IMG/VR virus record: IMGVR_UViG_3300012971_000927
Origin: an uncultured virus (IMG/VR IMGVR_UViG_3300012971_000927)
Lineage: Duplodnaviria; Heunggongvirae; Uroviricota; Caudoviricetes
Length of the DNA: 64,000 bases
Reading direction: 5' to 3' (one strand)
The notes beneath the pieces are model-generated. The model was not told the origin of the DNA. It saw nothing but the letters and a program-made list of their open reading frames with translations, and made no database searches. The position numbers were made by a program, and so were the translations under genes. Below are positions 36,267-48,058 of this stretch, one piece after another; the first letter of the stretch is position 1; each line of letters starts with the position of its first letter.

Positions 36267-37767
36267 ATGAAAGAAAAGACCATGTACCACGTCGAGAAGT
36301 TTATCCCGACCGAGTGCCCGAAGTGCCGGCACCCCTTCCTGAAGGAAGGCGACGACTATGTTCGCCTGCTGGGCGACATCGTGAACGGCGAGAAGCGGGT
36401 GCGGCAGACGAAGGGATACATCATCAACATTTGCGCCAAGTGCCAAAACTACACCGCCTTCATACAACTCGAAACTTACCAAGTATCCAGCAAGAAGGAG
36501 GCCGAGCGCCTGGTTCAGAAGGAGGGATTTCGCAACCTGCTCAAAGTCAAGGCCACCGGCACCCACTGTCAGGACCACCACGCGGTCCACGCCCAAATGC
36601 CCGGCGTCCGCGTCTACGGGATCAAGTGCGATGATGAAGAAAATCAGTGACTATATCAACACCGATCCCGGCGAGGGCTGGCGGCGTCTTGCCTTTGTTG
36701 AGGAGGTCGCGCCCGATGCCATCAGTTTCGGGCGCGGCGGTTTACAGGTGCTTGCCAGCGTGCGCACGTCGGCCAACAAGGTTCCCTTCGTCCACTTCTC
36801 CATCGGCTTGTGCCCCTCGATGGAGCCGCAGTTGGACAAACAGGAAATGCTGGCGCTGGTGGTTCGTGAGGCACCCAACATCATCCGGCTGTTCTTCGGA
36901 GAAGTAATGTATATTCCCCTGCCGCCAGACCCACGGCTGCCGGAAATGTCCCATTGGGCAATTAAGGTGGAAGAGCCTCAATGAAACGAATCCTTCACGC
37001 CCGGCTCGTCTACCAGGACCACCTGCGCCGACCGTGCAAAACCGTGTGCGACGTGGTGCAGGACGAAATATTCGGGGACCGGCTATGCGTGATCTTCACC
37101 GAGTTGAACGACAACACCGGGCCGAGCATCACCAACTCGGTCGAGGACGCCATCATCGCCTTCTGCGAAGACCGCAATATGTTCCCGCAGCAGGGCGTGT
37201 TCTTTGAGCGTTACCAAAACCACCCCCAAGACCTGGACCAGATCATTTTTGAAATGTCGGGCGACAGGCCCACCAATATAAGCTGGAAGCGGCTCGACCC
37301 CAACCTGGCCCGGCAAATACTGGACTGCATCGACCATGAGTGAAAAAGAAACGATCATCCTCGGCGGTCAGGCCCACGAGATCGAGGTGCGCCCCATCAC
37401 GCTGATCTGCAAGGCAGCCAACGTGCCCTTCGACGTGCAGACACCGGGCCGCATCATGATCGACACGTTCATGACCGTCAAGCACACCCAGGAAGTGCAA
37501 CGCCTCCATCCACGCACCGAGAAGCTGTTCAAGATCGTCTTTCCCGACTACGGCCTGGCCGTGACGCCTGACAACATCCGCCGCGAAGGCACCGGGATGC
37601 AGCATGTCCTGGGTCTGGTCGATCTTTCCCTGCGATACCTGGACGAAGGTACAAAGTTCGGGTGGCGCTACCCGGAAGCGCACCTGCACCCGGCGGCACA
37701 AGCCCCACTGGCGGATGTACTTATCGCGTTGGTGGGCACGGAGCGCCTGCTCGACATCATTCTCTGA
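36267..37767 (+). other. Four hypothetical ORFs (36267-36650 with CxxC pairs, 36634-36984, 36981-37343, 37336-37767)
   Basis: Closely coupled ORFs. Confidence 0.6.
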
Positions 37768-37838
37768 GGAAAAATCGAGAACGGATTGGCGGTTGTGGGG
37801 CGGTAGCTGTAGAGAATCTACAGGGTTCGGAGCATACC

Positions 37839-39002
37839 ATGACCGCATCCGCTAATCTTGCGATCCTGGCTCAGCAGGAGTTCTTGTTCCACCGGGACGA
37901 GGCCAATCCGCAGACCTACCGTTTGCGGCCCGCCCCCACGGAGCAGGAGCGCATCGACCGCACCAGCCTGACTTGCCCGCGCAACCCGCTCACCAAGGTG
38001 ATCGGCAACCGCGAGGCTCGCAAGCGGCTGGGCCGTGCGGCCTGCTCTGCTCTGGCCCATGCCAACCACGTCTGCAACGACCTGGCGTTCCTGTTCACCG
38101 GGCCGAAGGGCGTAGGCAAGACCAACATCGCCCGCCGGTTCGCGGAGTTGCTTCAGCTTCCGCTTATCGAGATCAGCCCGGCCTGCCTGAAGACCGCGCA
38201 CGACCTGTTCTCGGAAATTAAGAACAGCCTGGAACACGCCGGCATCCCCCTGGTCGAGTGTAAGGGGGACAAGCGTTTCGTCCTACCGCCGTGCGTCATC
38301 TTCGTGGACGAATGCCACGATCTCAAAAGCAAGCCGAAGGTAGTGACGGCGCTGCTCAAGGCGGTGGCGCAGAACGACCTGACGCTGCGTACCGAACACG
38401 GCTACCACGTCAAGACCAACAACGTGACCTGGCTGATGGCGACCACCGACCGGGGTGATATATTCGACGCCCTGGACGACCGCTTCACCGAGATTCCGCT
38501 CAACCTCTATACGAAGGCCGAGGTCGCGGAAATTGTCTGGCTAAACTACGGCCAGGACCAGGCCAGCGACGGGAAACCAGAGTTGAACCGCGAGGCGTGC
38601 GCCCTGGTGGCCCACTATCGTGCCCGCCACCCCCGCAAGGCCCTCGAATTCGCCCGCGAGGTTCGTCTGGCGAAGCGTAGCACCAACACCTGGCGCGAAG
38701 CCTGCGAGGAGGTCGCCAGGGATTGCGGCATCGACCAGTGGGGCATGGACCGTCGCCTGGTGCAGATTCTCACCATCCTGGGCAAGAAGCCGGTGGCGAA
38801 GGATCGCCTGCCCACCCTGATCGGGGTGAAGGAGGCGGAACTCAAAAAGTTCCATCTACCGTTCCTGCTGTGTGAAACGGAAGACCAGCAGGCTTACGTC
38901 AACGTGACCGGCCAGGGCTATACCATTACGAGGGCTGGCCTGGCCGAATTGGACAAGCGGGCCGTGCAGCACAACGGCAGCAAGGCCCTTGGAGAACACT
39001 AA
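37839..39002 (+). CDS. RuvB-like AAA+ ATPase
   Basis: FTGPKGVGKT (Walker A), IFVDECH (Walker B), ATTDRG..LDDRF, C-terminal winged-helix-like TGQGYTIT. Confidence 0.8.
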   Translation: MTASANLAILAQQEFLFHRDEANPQTYRLRPAPTEQERIDRTSLTCPRNPLTKVIGNREARKRLGRAACSALAHANHVCNDLAFLFTGPKGVGKTNIARRFAELLQLPLIEISPACLKTAHDLFSEIKNSLEHAGIPLVECKGDKRFVLPPCVIFVDECHDLKSKPKVVTALLKAVAQNDLTLRTEHGYHVKTNNVTWLMATTDRGDIFDALDDRFTEIPLNLYTKAEVAEIVWLNYGQDQASDGKPELNREACALVAHYRARHPRKALEFAREVRLAKRSTNTWREACEEVARDCGIDQWGMDRRLVQILTILGKKPVAKDRLPTLIGVKEAELKKFHLPFLLCETEDQQAYVNVTGQGYTITRAGLAELDKRAVQHNGSKALGEH

Positions 39003-40785
39003 TGAAGACGCCGAACGTCGAGTCCGCCACTGTAACGGCCAGGGTCATTTCGCGTTTGATGCGGAAGGCCGGCTTCCAGATGGCGGACACCAGCGACCGT
39101 TTCCACTGGACCGAGGGCTACCACGTCAGCCGCGTCGGTTGCAGCAACGTGGTGAGCATCGACTTCCACGTTGACAGTCACTACCTGCCCCTCAAGCCGG
39201 AGCAGGTGGCCCGCAGGCAGGAGGCTCGCGCCAAGCTGGACGCCTGGCTCAAGGAACGCGGCTACGAGCGGGAGCAGGGCACCGGCTATATCAAGTGCAA
39301 AAGGCCCGACTGACATGGCGATCACCCACAACAAAATCAAAAAGATCGTGGCGCTGGGCGATTTGGCCAAGCAACTTGGCCTGCCCGGCGTCGTGGAACA
39401 CCGCCGCTACAGCACTGAGATCGTCCTGGTCATCCCGCTTGGCTGCAACTGCGCCCAGGCTGAGGCCAACATCCGGCGGCTGGCGAACAACCTGGAGAAC
39501 CAACATGGAGATGAAGGTACGGATGAACTTTGATCTGACCATCTCCGTCGATGGCGCGGAGATGCGTTTGATCCTCTCGGCTCTCGCCAACCGACTGAGG
39601 CCGGAGCAGATCGAGCCGGCGCTGGCCCTGCAAAAGCGTCTGGCCGAGGCGCGGCTGGGGCAAATGAAACACATCACCAACGAGTACCAGAAACTCGTGG
39701 ACAACATCAACGAGGCCGAACGCGAGGGGGACCAATAATGGGCATGGTGAAACGTTTTTTTGAGGACTACTGCGAGGCCAAGCATCCCGACGACCTCGAC
39801 GCCCAGGACGCGCTGTTCGAGGCGATCTGCGAGGGCCGCGTCCAAATCCCGCTCATGGAGATGCACCAGACCATTCAGGAATATAGAGCAAAGCGACCTG
39901 ATCGGGTCCAGACGCCTCCCCCGGAGGCGTAAATATGGCGAACACCAAACGCCGACCCGACAGGAGACTCATGAACCGTGTGTTGATTGACCCGACCGAG
40001 GAAGAAGTATTCTACCTGACCGCCGAGGCGACTGAAAGTGCAAATCAAGGAGCGAAAGTGCGGCTGGCCAAGCAGCCACCGATCACCGAGGTCACCAGGA
40101 CGGCTTCCGGGCGGGTTGAAACAAACGGCGGCGGGGTGCCGAGTACCCACGGCTTCCCCGCCCAAACGTCGCGCATCGGCCTGGCCTGGTGGACCGATGG
40201 CCAGGGCCGCAAGCATGTTCGCGTGGTCAGCGACCGCGTTAACGTCAGCAACCGCACCGTGGGGTCCGTCTTCGGTCCAAACGCCCAGGCCATGCCCGAC
40301 TTTTGGTGCGTCTACCCCGGCACCGCAGAAATTAAAAAGGTCAAGGGCCAGACCGCCCTGATCTTAACCTGCGGCTGCGGGCGCAAGGGGGACATCAGGG
40401 AACTGGCCTGGGACGGCGAACGCTGCGGCGTCTGCCGTGATACCGACCGTTACGAGAACGAAACCGGCTTTCGCCCTGGGGTGGGCCGATGAACTGGAAG
40501 TTAAAAAACACCAAGGTCAAGACCGGGAAATATATTGGCGAGCGTACCGTCCGTACCCGCCTACGCGAGAAGCTGGGTCCGCTCACCGAGGCATCCCTGC
40601 CCCTCACTCAAGGCCGGTGCGTTGTTTGCAATGAACCGTTCAAGCCGGGTGACTACTGGACAGTCGTTAACCGAGTGGAACTGCCGGAGTGGGACGACGG
40701 CAAAATAAAAGTCGCCAGCATCTTGGACGAATGCGCCCACTGGCGGTGCTGGCGGAAACCGTACCGAAGCCTGGATGCGGAGTAG
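39002..40785 (+). other. Run of small hypothetical ORFs (39002-39313, 39315-39533, 39505-39738, 39738-39932, 39935-40492, 40489-40785)
   Basis: Coupled ORFs on the plus strand. Confidence 0.55.
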
Positions 40786-40941
40786 GCCATGAAATGGACT
40801 GAAACCAAGACGTTGCTGCTGTGGATTGCCATGATCCTCTGGTGCTGCGGGGTGTGGTATTTGGCGGTCTACTTGCTGCCATAAATTCTACTTTACAACT
40901 GCCCAAACCGCGCAGTACCATAGGGTCATAGGAGGAACACC

Positions 40942-41898
40942 ATGACCGAGAAAGCGAAAAAACTGAGCCAAAACGAGCTTCGTGAAGAAATCACCGAGCG
41001 TATTGTGGAGGCAATGCAGCGTGGCCTGCCGCCGTGGCGCGAGCCTTACCGCCGCGACCCGAATTCCGGCTTCCCCACGAACGTGATCTCCAGCAAGCGG
41101 TACACCGGCATCAACACGCTGCTGCTCACCGCCACCGCGATGGAGCGGGAGTACAAAAGCAAGTGGTGGGGGACGTATAACCAGTGGCACGCAATGGGCG
41201 CTCAGGTCAAGAAACGCCCCTCCAGCATCCGCGAGGGCGAGTGGGGCACCAAGATCGTCTTTTATCGCAAGATCGAAGACGATGAGTTGGACGCGAAGGG
41301 CGACCCGAAGCGCTATTTCTTCGTGTTGCGGTCCTTCACCGTCTTCAACGTCGAGCAAGTCGAAGGCGACCACCTAAGCATGTTCCGTGCCGGGGAGGAA
41401 TGCGAACTGGAAGACCGCTTCCTGGCCACGCTGACCTACGATCATGTGGATGACATGGTGGAGGCCACCAAGGCGAAGTTCGACGTAGGACCGGAGCCAA
41501 AATATCTGTACCCGCCCGCCGACAAAATCCTGATGCCCAAGAAGTCGCTATTCGTGGACCTGCGCAATTACTACGCCACCAAGTTCCACGAGTTGATCCA
41601 CTGGACGGAGCCGCGCCTGGGCTGGCCCAGCAAGCACCAGAATCTCCAGGGTGCCGATCTGGAGGCGATGGGCGAGTTGATCGCGGAGATCGGGGCTTGC
41701 TACCTGGAAACCGAGTTGCAAATCCCGCACAGCGAGGACATGACGAACCACCACAAGTACATCCAGACCTGGCTTCATGTGCTGCGCGGCAACCACCGCC
41801 GCATCTTTGAAGCCTCCCACCAGGCAACGAAGGCCGTGGATTTTCTGCTCGCCTTCAGCCGCCCTGTCACTAAGAAGGAGGACACCGACGATGAGTAA
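40942..41898 (+). CDS. ardC: ArdC-like ssDNA-binding antirestriction protein (DUF1738 plus zincin)
   Basis: PPWREP, YTGIN, WGTYNQW..MGAQVKK, FTVFNVEQ, FHELIHWT, ELIAEIGA. Confidence 0.9.
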   Translation: MTEKAKKLSQNELREEITERIVEAMQRGLPPWREPYRRDPNSGFPTNVISSKRYTGINTLLLTATAMEREYKSKWWGTYNQWHAMGAQVKKRPSSIREGEWGTKIVFYRKIEDDELDAKGDPKRYFFVLRSFTVFNVEQVEGDHLSMFRAGEECELEDRFLATLTYDHVDDMVEATKAKFDVGPEPKYLYPPADKILMPKKSLFVDLRNYYATKFHELIHWTEPRLGWPSKHQNLQGADLEAMGELIAEIGACYLETELQIPHSEDMTNHHKYIQTWLHVLRGNHRRIFEASHQATKAVDFLLAFSRPVTKKEDTDDE

Positions 41899-42738
41899 GC
41901 CCAAGACCCGCAAAAGCAAGGTGATCGTGATGGACTGCACCACGAGCATCAGCCACCACGGAAGCAAGAAGTTCAGGGTTGTCAAGACCGTCAACCGCCT
42001 CGACCCGGCCATTGATGAGACGCTGACGGCGGTGGACCTGGAACACCTGATTGACACGGAGCCGGACTGCACCGTGGAGGTTGTTCCTTTCAAAAGGAAG
42101 CGCTAGTTTACAACTGGCCCAATGGGTCGTAGAATTTGGAAAGAGGGTCAAATGAGCCAGCGAGTGTTCACCCAGGGCAATCTGGAAGTTTTCACAGGCT
42201 GGGATCGGCCTTTGCAGCGCTTCTTCTTGCTCATCGAGCGCCAGGATGCGTCTGACGAGGACGAGGATCAGGGCTACGTCTTCAACAACTTGCGGCGGGC
42301 CAACCCCGGCATGAGCCTGGAGGAGATCGACGCGGAACTTCAAAAGGCCCGGATCGACCCGCCGCCGACGCTGTTTGCCGACCTGGAAGAAGACCGCCGG
42401 CTCGACCGTGGCAACTACCGCCAGGGTTACTACCTCGTGGATGGGGCCTGGCAAAAACAGTAAGGTGCAAAATGCGACTCGCAACGGTTTCTGTGCGGGC
42501 GGGCATTGACCAGGACGACGCACCGCGTATCTTAGCCCTGGCGGTGCCCTGCCCCGACGAACCGTGGGCCAAGGTCGTGACCTACCAGGGCCGGCAATAT
42601 GTCGTCGGCCAGGGCCGCAGCCGCGACCACTATGTAATCTTCGACTTCCCGTTCCCCGGCCACAGCGACCAGTGGAAGATCGTGCTTCCGATCAATAAGC
42701 CGGAGGATTTGCTGCGGCAACTGACCGAAGGTAGGTGA
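41891..42738 (+). other. Three small hypothetical ORFs (41891-42106, 42152-42463, 42472-42738)
   Basis: ORFs with RBS; 42152 has a GWDRPLQRFF motif. Confidence 0.55.
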
Positions 42739-42742
42739 GAGC

Positions 42743-43663
42743 ATGAAGCTCACCATTGAACTTGTCCCCCGCCCGTGCTGGCATAAAAGCCTTGCCAAAC
42801 TCCACGCCCTCGGCCTGTTCCCGGAATGGGATAAAGTTCGCGCCGAAGCCCTGCTCAAAAGCAATAATGCCTGCGCTTTCTGCGGGGCGTCCCATCAACG
42901 ACCGACTCGCTTCCCCAACGTCCACGTCCCCGCCGCCCAGCCCCTTCATTGCCACGAAGTCTGGCAGTACGACGATAAAAACTGCGTCCAAACGCTCATC
43001 GACGTGGTGCCGGTGTGCAATATGTGCCACCACGTCAAGCACCTGGGCCTGGCCGAACTGCTGGCCAGCCAGGGCAAGCTGGACTTTAAGAAGGTGATCG
43101 AACACTTCCTGGCCGTCAACAACGCCAAGCCGGCAGACTTCGAGCGCGAGGCCCGCGAAGCCTTCGCAACCTTCAACGAGCGCTCCCAGAAGGAATGGAC
43201 CACACACTTTGGCCCGTACAACGCCCTGGTCGATGCCAACTTTGTTAAGGACTGGAATCTTGACATTTGCGACGAGGCCATCGGGTTCGAGGAGGAGCAG
43301 GACCACAATAAACCTTCGAGCGTGTCCAGCAAAACGTGGGTGAATGCCTTCTCTCGGAAACACCACCGGGGGCAAGGGAGCGGAAGCTGGCTCATCAGGG
43401 GCACCATTCAAGAAATAGATGACCTTTGGCCCTTGGTCAAGGAGGCCACAGAGCAGGGATCGCTGGGGGTAAGCGCGTTCGCGTCCACCGCCGCCTTCAA
43501 GGGAGGAACAAGGATCATCGGCGTGACCACGGGCCACCACCAGGACATATATCAGGTGGCTCAACAAATCGCCGGGCTTGGTTACGCTGGCACCGTGGAG
43601 TGGAAGAACAGCAAGACGAAGAAGATCGAGCATACCGCCGACCTGGGAGGGTTCAGTGAGTGA
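42743..43663 (+). CDS. HNH-family nuclease with extra C-terminal domain
   Basis: LTIELVP, CAFCG, LHCHEVWQYD, VCNMCHHVKHLG. Confidence 0.75.
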   Translation: MKLTIELVPRPCWHKSLAKLHALGLFPEWDKVRAEALLKSNNACAFCGASHQRPTRFPNVHVPAAQPLHCHEVWQYDDKNCVQTLIDVVPVCNMCHHVKHLGLAELLASQGKLDFKKVIEHFLAVNNAKPADFEREAREAFATFNERSQKEWTTHFGPYNALVDANFVKDWNLDICDEAIGFEEEQDHNKPSSVSSKTWVNAFSRKHHRGQGSGSWLIRGTIQEIDDLWPLVKEATEQGSLGVSAFASTAAFKGGTRIIGVTTGHHQDIYQVAQQIAGLGYAGTVEWKNSKTKKIEHTADLGGFSE

Positions 43664-44136
43664 CGTGCCGCCCCTCAAATATGTCGATTGCTCGCAGAAG
43701 CGCCAGCTACTCGCTTGGCTGCGCGAGAACTATGAGGATGCCAAGCAAGCTGGCCAACAGTTATTCTGCTGGTGCTACGACACCAAGCGCGAGGAAGAAA
43801 TCTGTCTCGCGCCGTCCGGCCTGACTTTAGAGCAAGTGCGGGACGATATTGAAAAGAAGAAGATGCCTCTGGTCATCCGCCGCGTCTTCACCACCGCCCT
43901 CGCCTTCAACCTCCAGATTTCCGATCTGTAAACTTATGGCCCGCTCACGGAGGGGTAAGCGTTGACATTTGATCGTGAGACTGAACGGCTCATGGCCGAG
44001 TTTTTCAAGGACAAAAAGTGCTGCAAGTGTGGGAGGGAGGCGAACCGCTTATATCAGGGATCATATTTCTGTTACGAATGCTTCGACCGCAAACGGCGGA
44101 AGAAGTATACCATTCCAAACGTGAAGGATCACACGC

Positions 44137-44601
44137 ATGATCGAATTTAGAAAAGGCAACATTTGGGACGCGAAGGATTTACAAGCCCTGGTCAACACGG
44201 TGAACTGCATCGGCGTCATGGGCAAGGGTCTGGCGCTCCAGTTCAAGTGTCGCTACCCGGCGATGTACGACGAATATGTGCGGGTCTGCGTGGAGGAAGC
44301 CCTGGGGCCGGGCGAAATCCTGGCGTGGGAGAACCCCAAGCCGCCACCGCAATATATCTTCAACTTCGCCACCAAGGGTGAGTGGCGTCAGCCCTCCCGC
44401 TACACCTGGATCGAGGACGGCCTTATCGACCTGGCCGTGCGGATTCGGACTTTGAAAATTAAAAGCATCGGCATCCCAGCCCTGGGCTGCGCCAACGGCG
44501 GGCTGGAGTGGGCCAAGGTGAAGTTGCAGATTCAAAGCGCCCACGACACCTTCTGGCATGACTGCCGGGTGGTGGTCTACGAACCCCTGGACGGCTCCTG
44601 A
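44137..44601 (+). CDS. Macrodomain ADP-ribosylhydrolase (DarG/Poa1p-like)
   Basis: KGNIW, LVNTVNCIGVMGKGLALQFK, IFNFATK, SIGIPALGCANGGLEW. Confidence 0.9.
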   Translation: MIEFRKGNIWDAKDLQALVNTVNCIGVMGKGLALQFKCRYPAMYDEYVRVCVEEALGPGEILAWENPKPPPQYIFNFATKGEWRQPSRYTWIEDGLIDLAVRIRTLKIKSIGIPALGCANGGLEWAKVKLQIQSAHDTFWHDCRVVVYEPLDGS

Positions 44602-44972
44602 ATTGTGCTTTACAATACCGAGGGCGGTCGCTAAGCTAACCCTTACTCGCACCTTCCCTCGTTTCGCCGGGATGACGATGGACCCCATCTGTACGATTTA
44701 TGCACGCTGCGGCTTCACCCGCCTCGTGATTAAGCAGACACGGAGCGGCCTCTATTACTATGTGAAGCATGACCACGAGGCCCACTGGACCCGGATTCAG
44801 CCCAACGAGGTTCTGGAGTACGTCCCCAGCGTCGAAGACCTGGACACGAGCGTGTGGTTCTTCCACCGCCGCCGCAACGAGTGGCAATACCTGGAAGGCT
44901 TGCCAGTCACCTACGAACGCCCGAAAAAACAGAAAAACCCGTAGCCAAGGAGGGGTGCCACCTGGAGACATC

Positions 44973-45386
44973 ATGCACCACGTTCGACAGCAACGCCATT
45001 TGCAAAAACTCCTGCGCCGGGTACAGGAAGCCCCTGACGCCCTCGCCCTGGCAAGGCTGGGCGATCAGGAACTAGACGAGGTTCTTGCCTCCAACCTGCT
45101 TCGCGGCCCCGACCTCAGCAAAGCCAGCCACGCCAAGATCATTCGCAGCCTCTACGGCGCTGACGCCGCCTTCTCCCGCCTCTGGGCATCCATCGAAGAC
45201 AACCTGCGCAAACTCCCCGAAGACCTTCTTCCGCAGGTCGCGGCCAACCGCGTCAGTCCGGGGCGCTTTTTCAAAATTCTCGTGCAAACCGAGATTGACC
45301 GCCGCGCCAAGAGCAAGAAACTGAACACCCTTTCAGCGCCGAGCGACAACGGCACGACAACCCCGGACTGGTGGCGGGATAAATAA
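44973..45386 (+). CDS. Hypothetical protein
   Basis: 137-aa ORF with RBS-like GGAG. Confidence 0.55.
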   Translation: MHHVRQQRHLQKLLRRVQEAPDALALARLGDQELDEVLASNLLRGPDLSKASHAKIIRSLYGADAAFSRLWASIEDNLRKLPEDLLPQVAANRVSPGRFFKILVQTEIDRRAKSKKLNTLSAPSDNGTTTPDWWRDK

Positions 45387-45556
45387 CTTTACAACTGGCC
45401 TTTCCGGGCAGTATAATAGACCCAACGGCATCGGAGGCCGTGAGCCGCAAAGGACTTACGGCGAATCACGAAAATCGTGAACGCCTTTCGGAATCAGGGG
45501 CGGTAGAGTCGGAGGACTTTCACCCCGATACGACTGGCTTCTCGGAGGGTTCTGCG

Positions 45557-47842
45557 ATGGCCGTTTTCCCCAACAAGTACGAGAAAACCTGCAATGGTCG
45601 TGGCTGCGGCAAGCGCGTCCGCGTGGGCGAGGGCTTCATTCAGAAGATCAACGGCGGCTGGGTGACGTGGTGCCGGGACTGCTGCCCGGAACGCATCGCC
45701 CCGGCTGCCGCCCGTCCCGCTCCCCGCCGCGTGCTGACCGCTCAGGGCCACGTCCTCACGCCGTATGAGCCGGACAACCTGGCTCTGGTGCGCTCCTTCC
45801 CTGGGGCACGCTTCCACGGCAACAAGGACATTTGCCCCGTCTGCAACACCCGCCACGGCGAGTGTTTCTGGTCCGTGTCGCTGGCCCAGGCCGACCGCGA
45901 GCGCGTCCTTCAGATCGCGGACGAACTCAAGCTGGACGTTGCGCCCGAACTGCGCAACATCGTGGTGACCGAGCAGGCGCAGAACGCCACGATGGCGGGC
46001 CTGTACCCGTATCAGGTCACCGGCGTCAACTGGCTGTCCAAGCAGGACTACGCCCTGCTGGGCGACGAGATGGGTCTGGGCAAGACGATCCAGACGCTCG
46101 TGGCCCTGCCCAACAAGGCCCGCGTCCTGGTGGTCGCCCCGAACAGCCTGAAGTACAACTGGCGGGATGAAGCCGCCAAGTGGCGGACAGACTACACCTG
46201 CACCGTCATCAACGGCGGGGCCAACTTCCGCACGCCTCGCCAGGGCGAAATCCTCGTGGTCAACTACGAGTGCCTGCCCGACTTCCTGATGCCGCCCGCC
46301 CGCAAGAAGGGGAAGGGTAGCTGGCAGGAGAACGCCCGGCAGCTTCAGGCGCACTACGACATTCTGCGCAGCCAGCACCCGGACCTGTGTGAGTGCATCG
46401 TCGTGGTGGACGAGGCGCACAAGGTCAAGGGGATGGACACGCAGCGCGGCCAGAAGGTCTGCACGCTGACGCACATTTGCAAGAAGGGCTGGGGCCTGAC
46501 CGGAACGCCTCTGCTCAACAAGGCGCTCGACCTGTGGGGCGTCCTGGTCAACCTGAACCTGGAGCGGCGCGCCTTCGGGAACGCCCACGGCGAGTACGCC
46601 TACCCCAACTTCCAGCGTGCCTTCAACTGCACGAAGGAAGTCATCTGGGCGGGCCGGCGCAACGGCCACCGGGAAGTGTTGCAGTGGGGCGAGCCGACCC
46701 CGGAAGTCCCGGAGAAGATGCGGCGTGTCATGCTCCAGCGCAAGCGTACCGCCGTGCTGCCCGACCTGCCCACGAAGACGTACACCGAGATTCTTGTTTC
46801 GCTGGACGACGTTCCGGGCGCGTCCCACATCAAGAAGGAACTGGATAGTCTTTGGGGGGAGTGGGGCACCCTCATGGACGAAAAGGAAGACCTGCCGCCC
46901 TTCACGGCGTTCTCGCTGGTCCGCGAGAAGCTGGCCCGTCTGTGCGTGCCGGCGCTCATGGAGTACGTCGAGAACTGCGAGGAGCAGGAAGTCAACCTCG
47001 TGGTCGCCACCGCCCACCTGGCCCCTCTGGACGCCCTGCTGGGCCGCGAGGGCTGGGCCGTGATCTCCGGCGAGACGAAGCCGGAGGATCGGCAGACGAT
47101 CTGCAACAACCAGCGTGCGGGCCGGCTGCGGGGCGTCGGTTGCTCCATCACGGCGGCTGGCGTCGGCCTCAATCTGACCGGGGCGAGCCGCATGGTGTTC
47201 GTGGACCTGGATTGGGTTCCGGCGAACAACTGGCAGATGGAAGACCGCATCTGCCGTATCGGCCAGACGGCCAACAAGTGCGAGATCGTGCGGTTCGTGG
47301 TCGATCACCCGCTTTGCCGGCATATCCACAAGTTGTTGGCCAAGAAGATCGCCCTCATTGCCGCCGCCATCGACGGCAAGGCCCAGGCCACGGTGCCCAC
47401 GGCTCCGGTCGCTCCTGCCCGCCAGGGCGAGAGCGAAGAGGAATTCGCTGCCCGCATGAAGCGGGTGGCCGAGGCGGAAGCCGAGTACGACCGGCAGCAG
47501 GCCGAGAAGCTGGCTGCCGCCGCCAAGGCCGAGGGCCAGGCCAAGGCCAAGGTTGTCCTTGAGCGGGAGGCTCGCAACGCCAAGGGTACGACCCGTTGCA
47601 TCCTGCCTCTCACCCCGGAGCGGATCGACGCCGTGCGGCGGGCCTTCAAGTACATGCTGTCGGTCTGCGACGGCGCTCATGCCAGGGACGGGCAGGGCTT
47701 CAATAAGCCTGACGCGATTTTGGCTCACCTTGTCTTGAGTTCCGGTTTGGAGCAGCCGGACGAGTTGAACGCGGCCTACTGGATGCTGACCCGCTACCAC
47801 CGGCAGCTTTTCCAGCGCGAACCGTTGCTTTTTCGCAGCTAA
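45557..47842 (+). CDS. SNF2/SMARCAL1-like helicase with N-terminal Cys-rich domain
   Basis: LGDEMGLGKT, VVDEAH, LTGTP, GVGLNLT, QMEDRICRIGQ. Confidence 0.92.
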   Translation: MAVFPNKYEKTCNGRGCGKRVRVGEGFIQKINGGWVTWCRDCCPERIAPAAARPAPRRVLTAQGHVLTPYEPDNLALVRSFPGARFHGNKDICPVCNTRHGECFWSVSLAQADRERVLQIADELKLDVAPELRNIVVTEQAQNATMAGLYPYQVTGVNWLSKQDYALLGDEMGLGKTIQTLVALPNKARVLVVAPNSLKYNWRDEAAKWRTDYTCTVINGGANFRTPRQGEILVVNYECLPDFLMPPARKKGKGSWQENARQLQAHYDILRSQHPDLCECIVVVDEAHKVKGMDTQRGQKVCTLTHICKKGWGLTGTPLLNKALDLWGVLVNLNLERRAFGNAHGEYAYPNFQRAFNCTKEVIWAGRRNGHREVLQWGEPTPEVPEKMRRVMLQRKRTAVLPDLPTKTYTEILVSLDDVPGASHIKKELDSLWGEWGTLMDEKEDLPPFTAFSLVREKLARLCVPALMEYVENCEEQEVNLVVATAHLAPLDALLGREGWAVISGETKPEDRQTICNNQRAGRLRGVGCSITAAGVGLNLTGASRMVFVDLDWVPANNWQMEDRICRIGQTANKCEIVRFVVDHPLCRHIHKLLAKKIALIAAAIDGKAQATVPTAPVAPARQGESEEEFAARMKRVAEAEAEYDRQQAEKLAAAAKAEGQAKAKVVLEREARNAKGTTRCILPLTPERIDAVRRAFKYMLSVCDGAHARDGQGFNKPDAILAHLVLSSGLEQPDELNAAYWMLTRYHRQLFQREPLLFRS

Positions 47843-47869
47843 TCGGCTAGAGTGACCTGGGTGGGGCGG

Positions 47870-47906
47870 GCATATCCTGACCCCCCAGGTCGGGACGGCG
47901 TGGAAG
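47870..47906 (+). repeat. Solitary variant copy of the array repeat
   Basis: GCATATCCTGACCCCCCAGGTCGGGACGGCGTGGAAG: same flanks (GCATATCC ... CGGGACGGCGTGGAAG) with a different, longer hairpin. Confidence 0.8.
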
Positions 47907-48018
47907 AAGGATGAAATCGACCGGATGCGGTGGTTGCCCATCCTGAACACCCCGCCTCACCGCCCCCGCGCCAAAAGGCGGGGGCGGGTTTGTTTCCAGC
48001 CCCAATCTGGTTAGTACG

Positions 48019-48058
48019 ACGCCGCAGCCCCGGTTTTTCGCCGGGGCTGCGGCGTTTT
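48019..48058. terminator. Strong GC hairpin/terminator
   Basis: CGCCGCAGCCCCGG/CCGGGGCTGCGGCG plus TTTT; second hairpin at ~47960-47995. Confidence 0.7.

Noticed and set aside
45494..47950. Long antisense ORFs (818 aa here; also 28958-30052, 32600-33835, 55409-56602, 60018-61409)
   Set aside because: Shadow frames of high-GC genes whose sense strand carries the motifs or RBS
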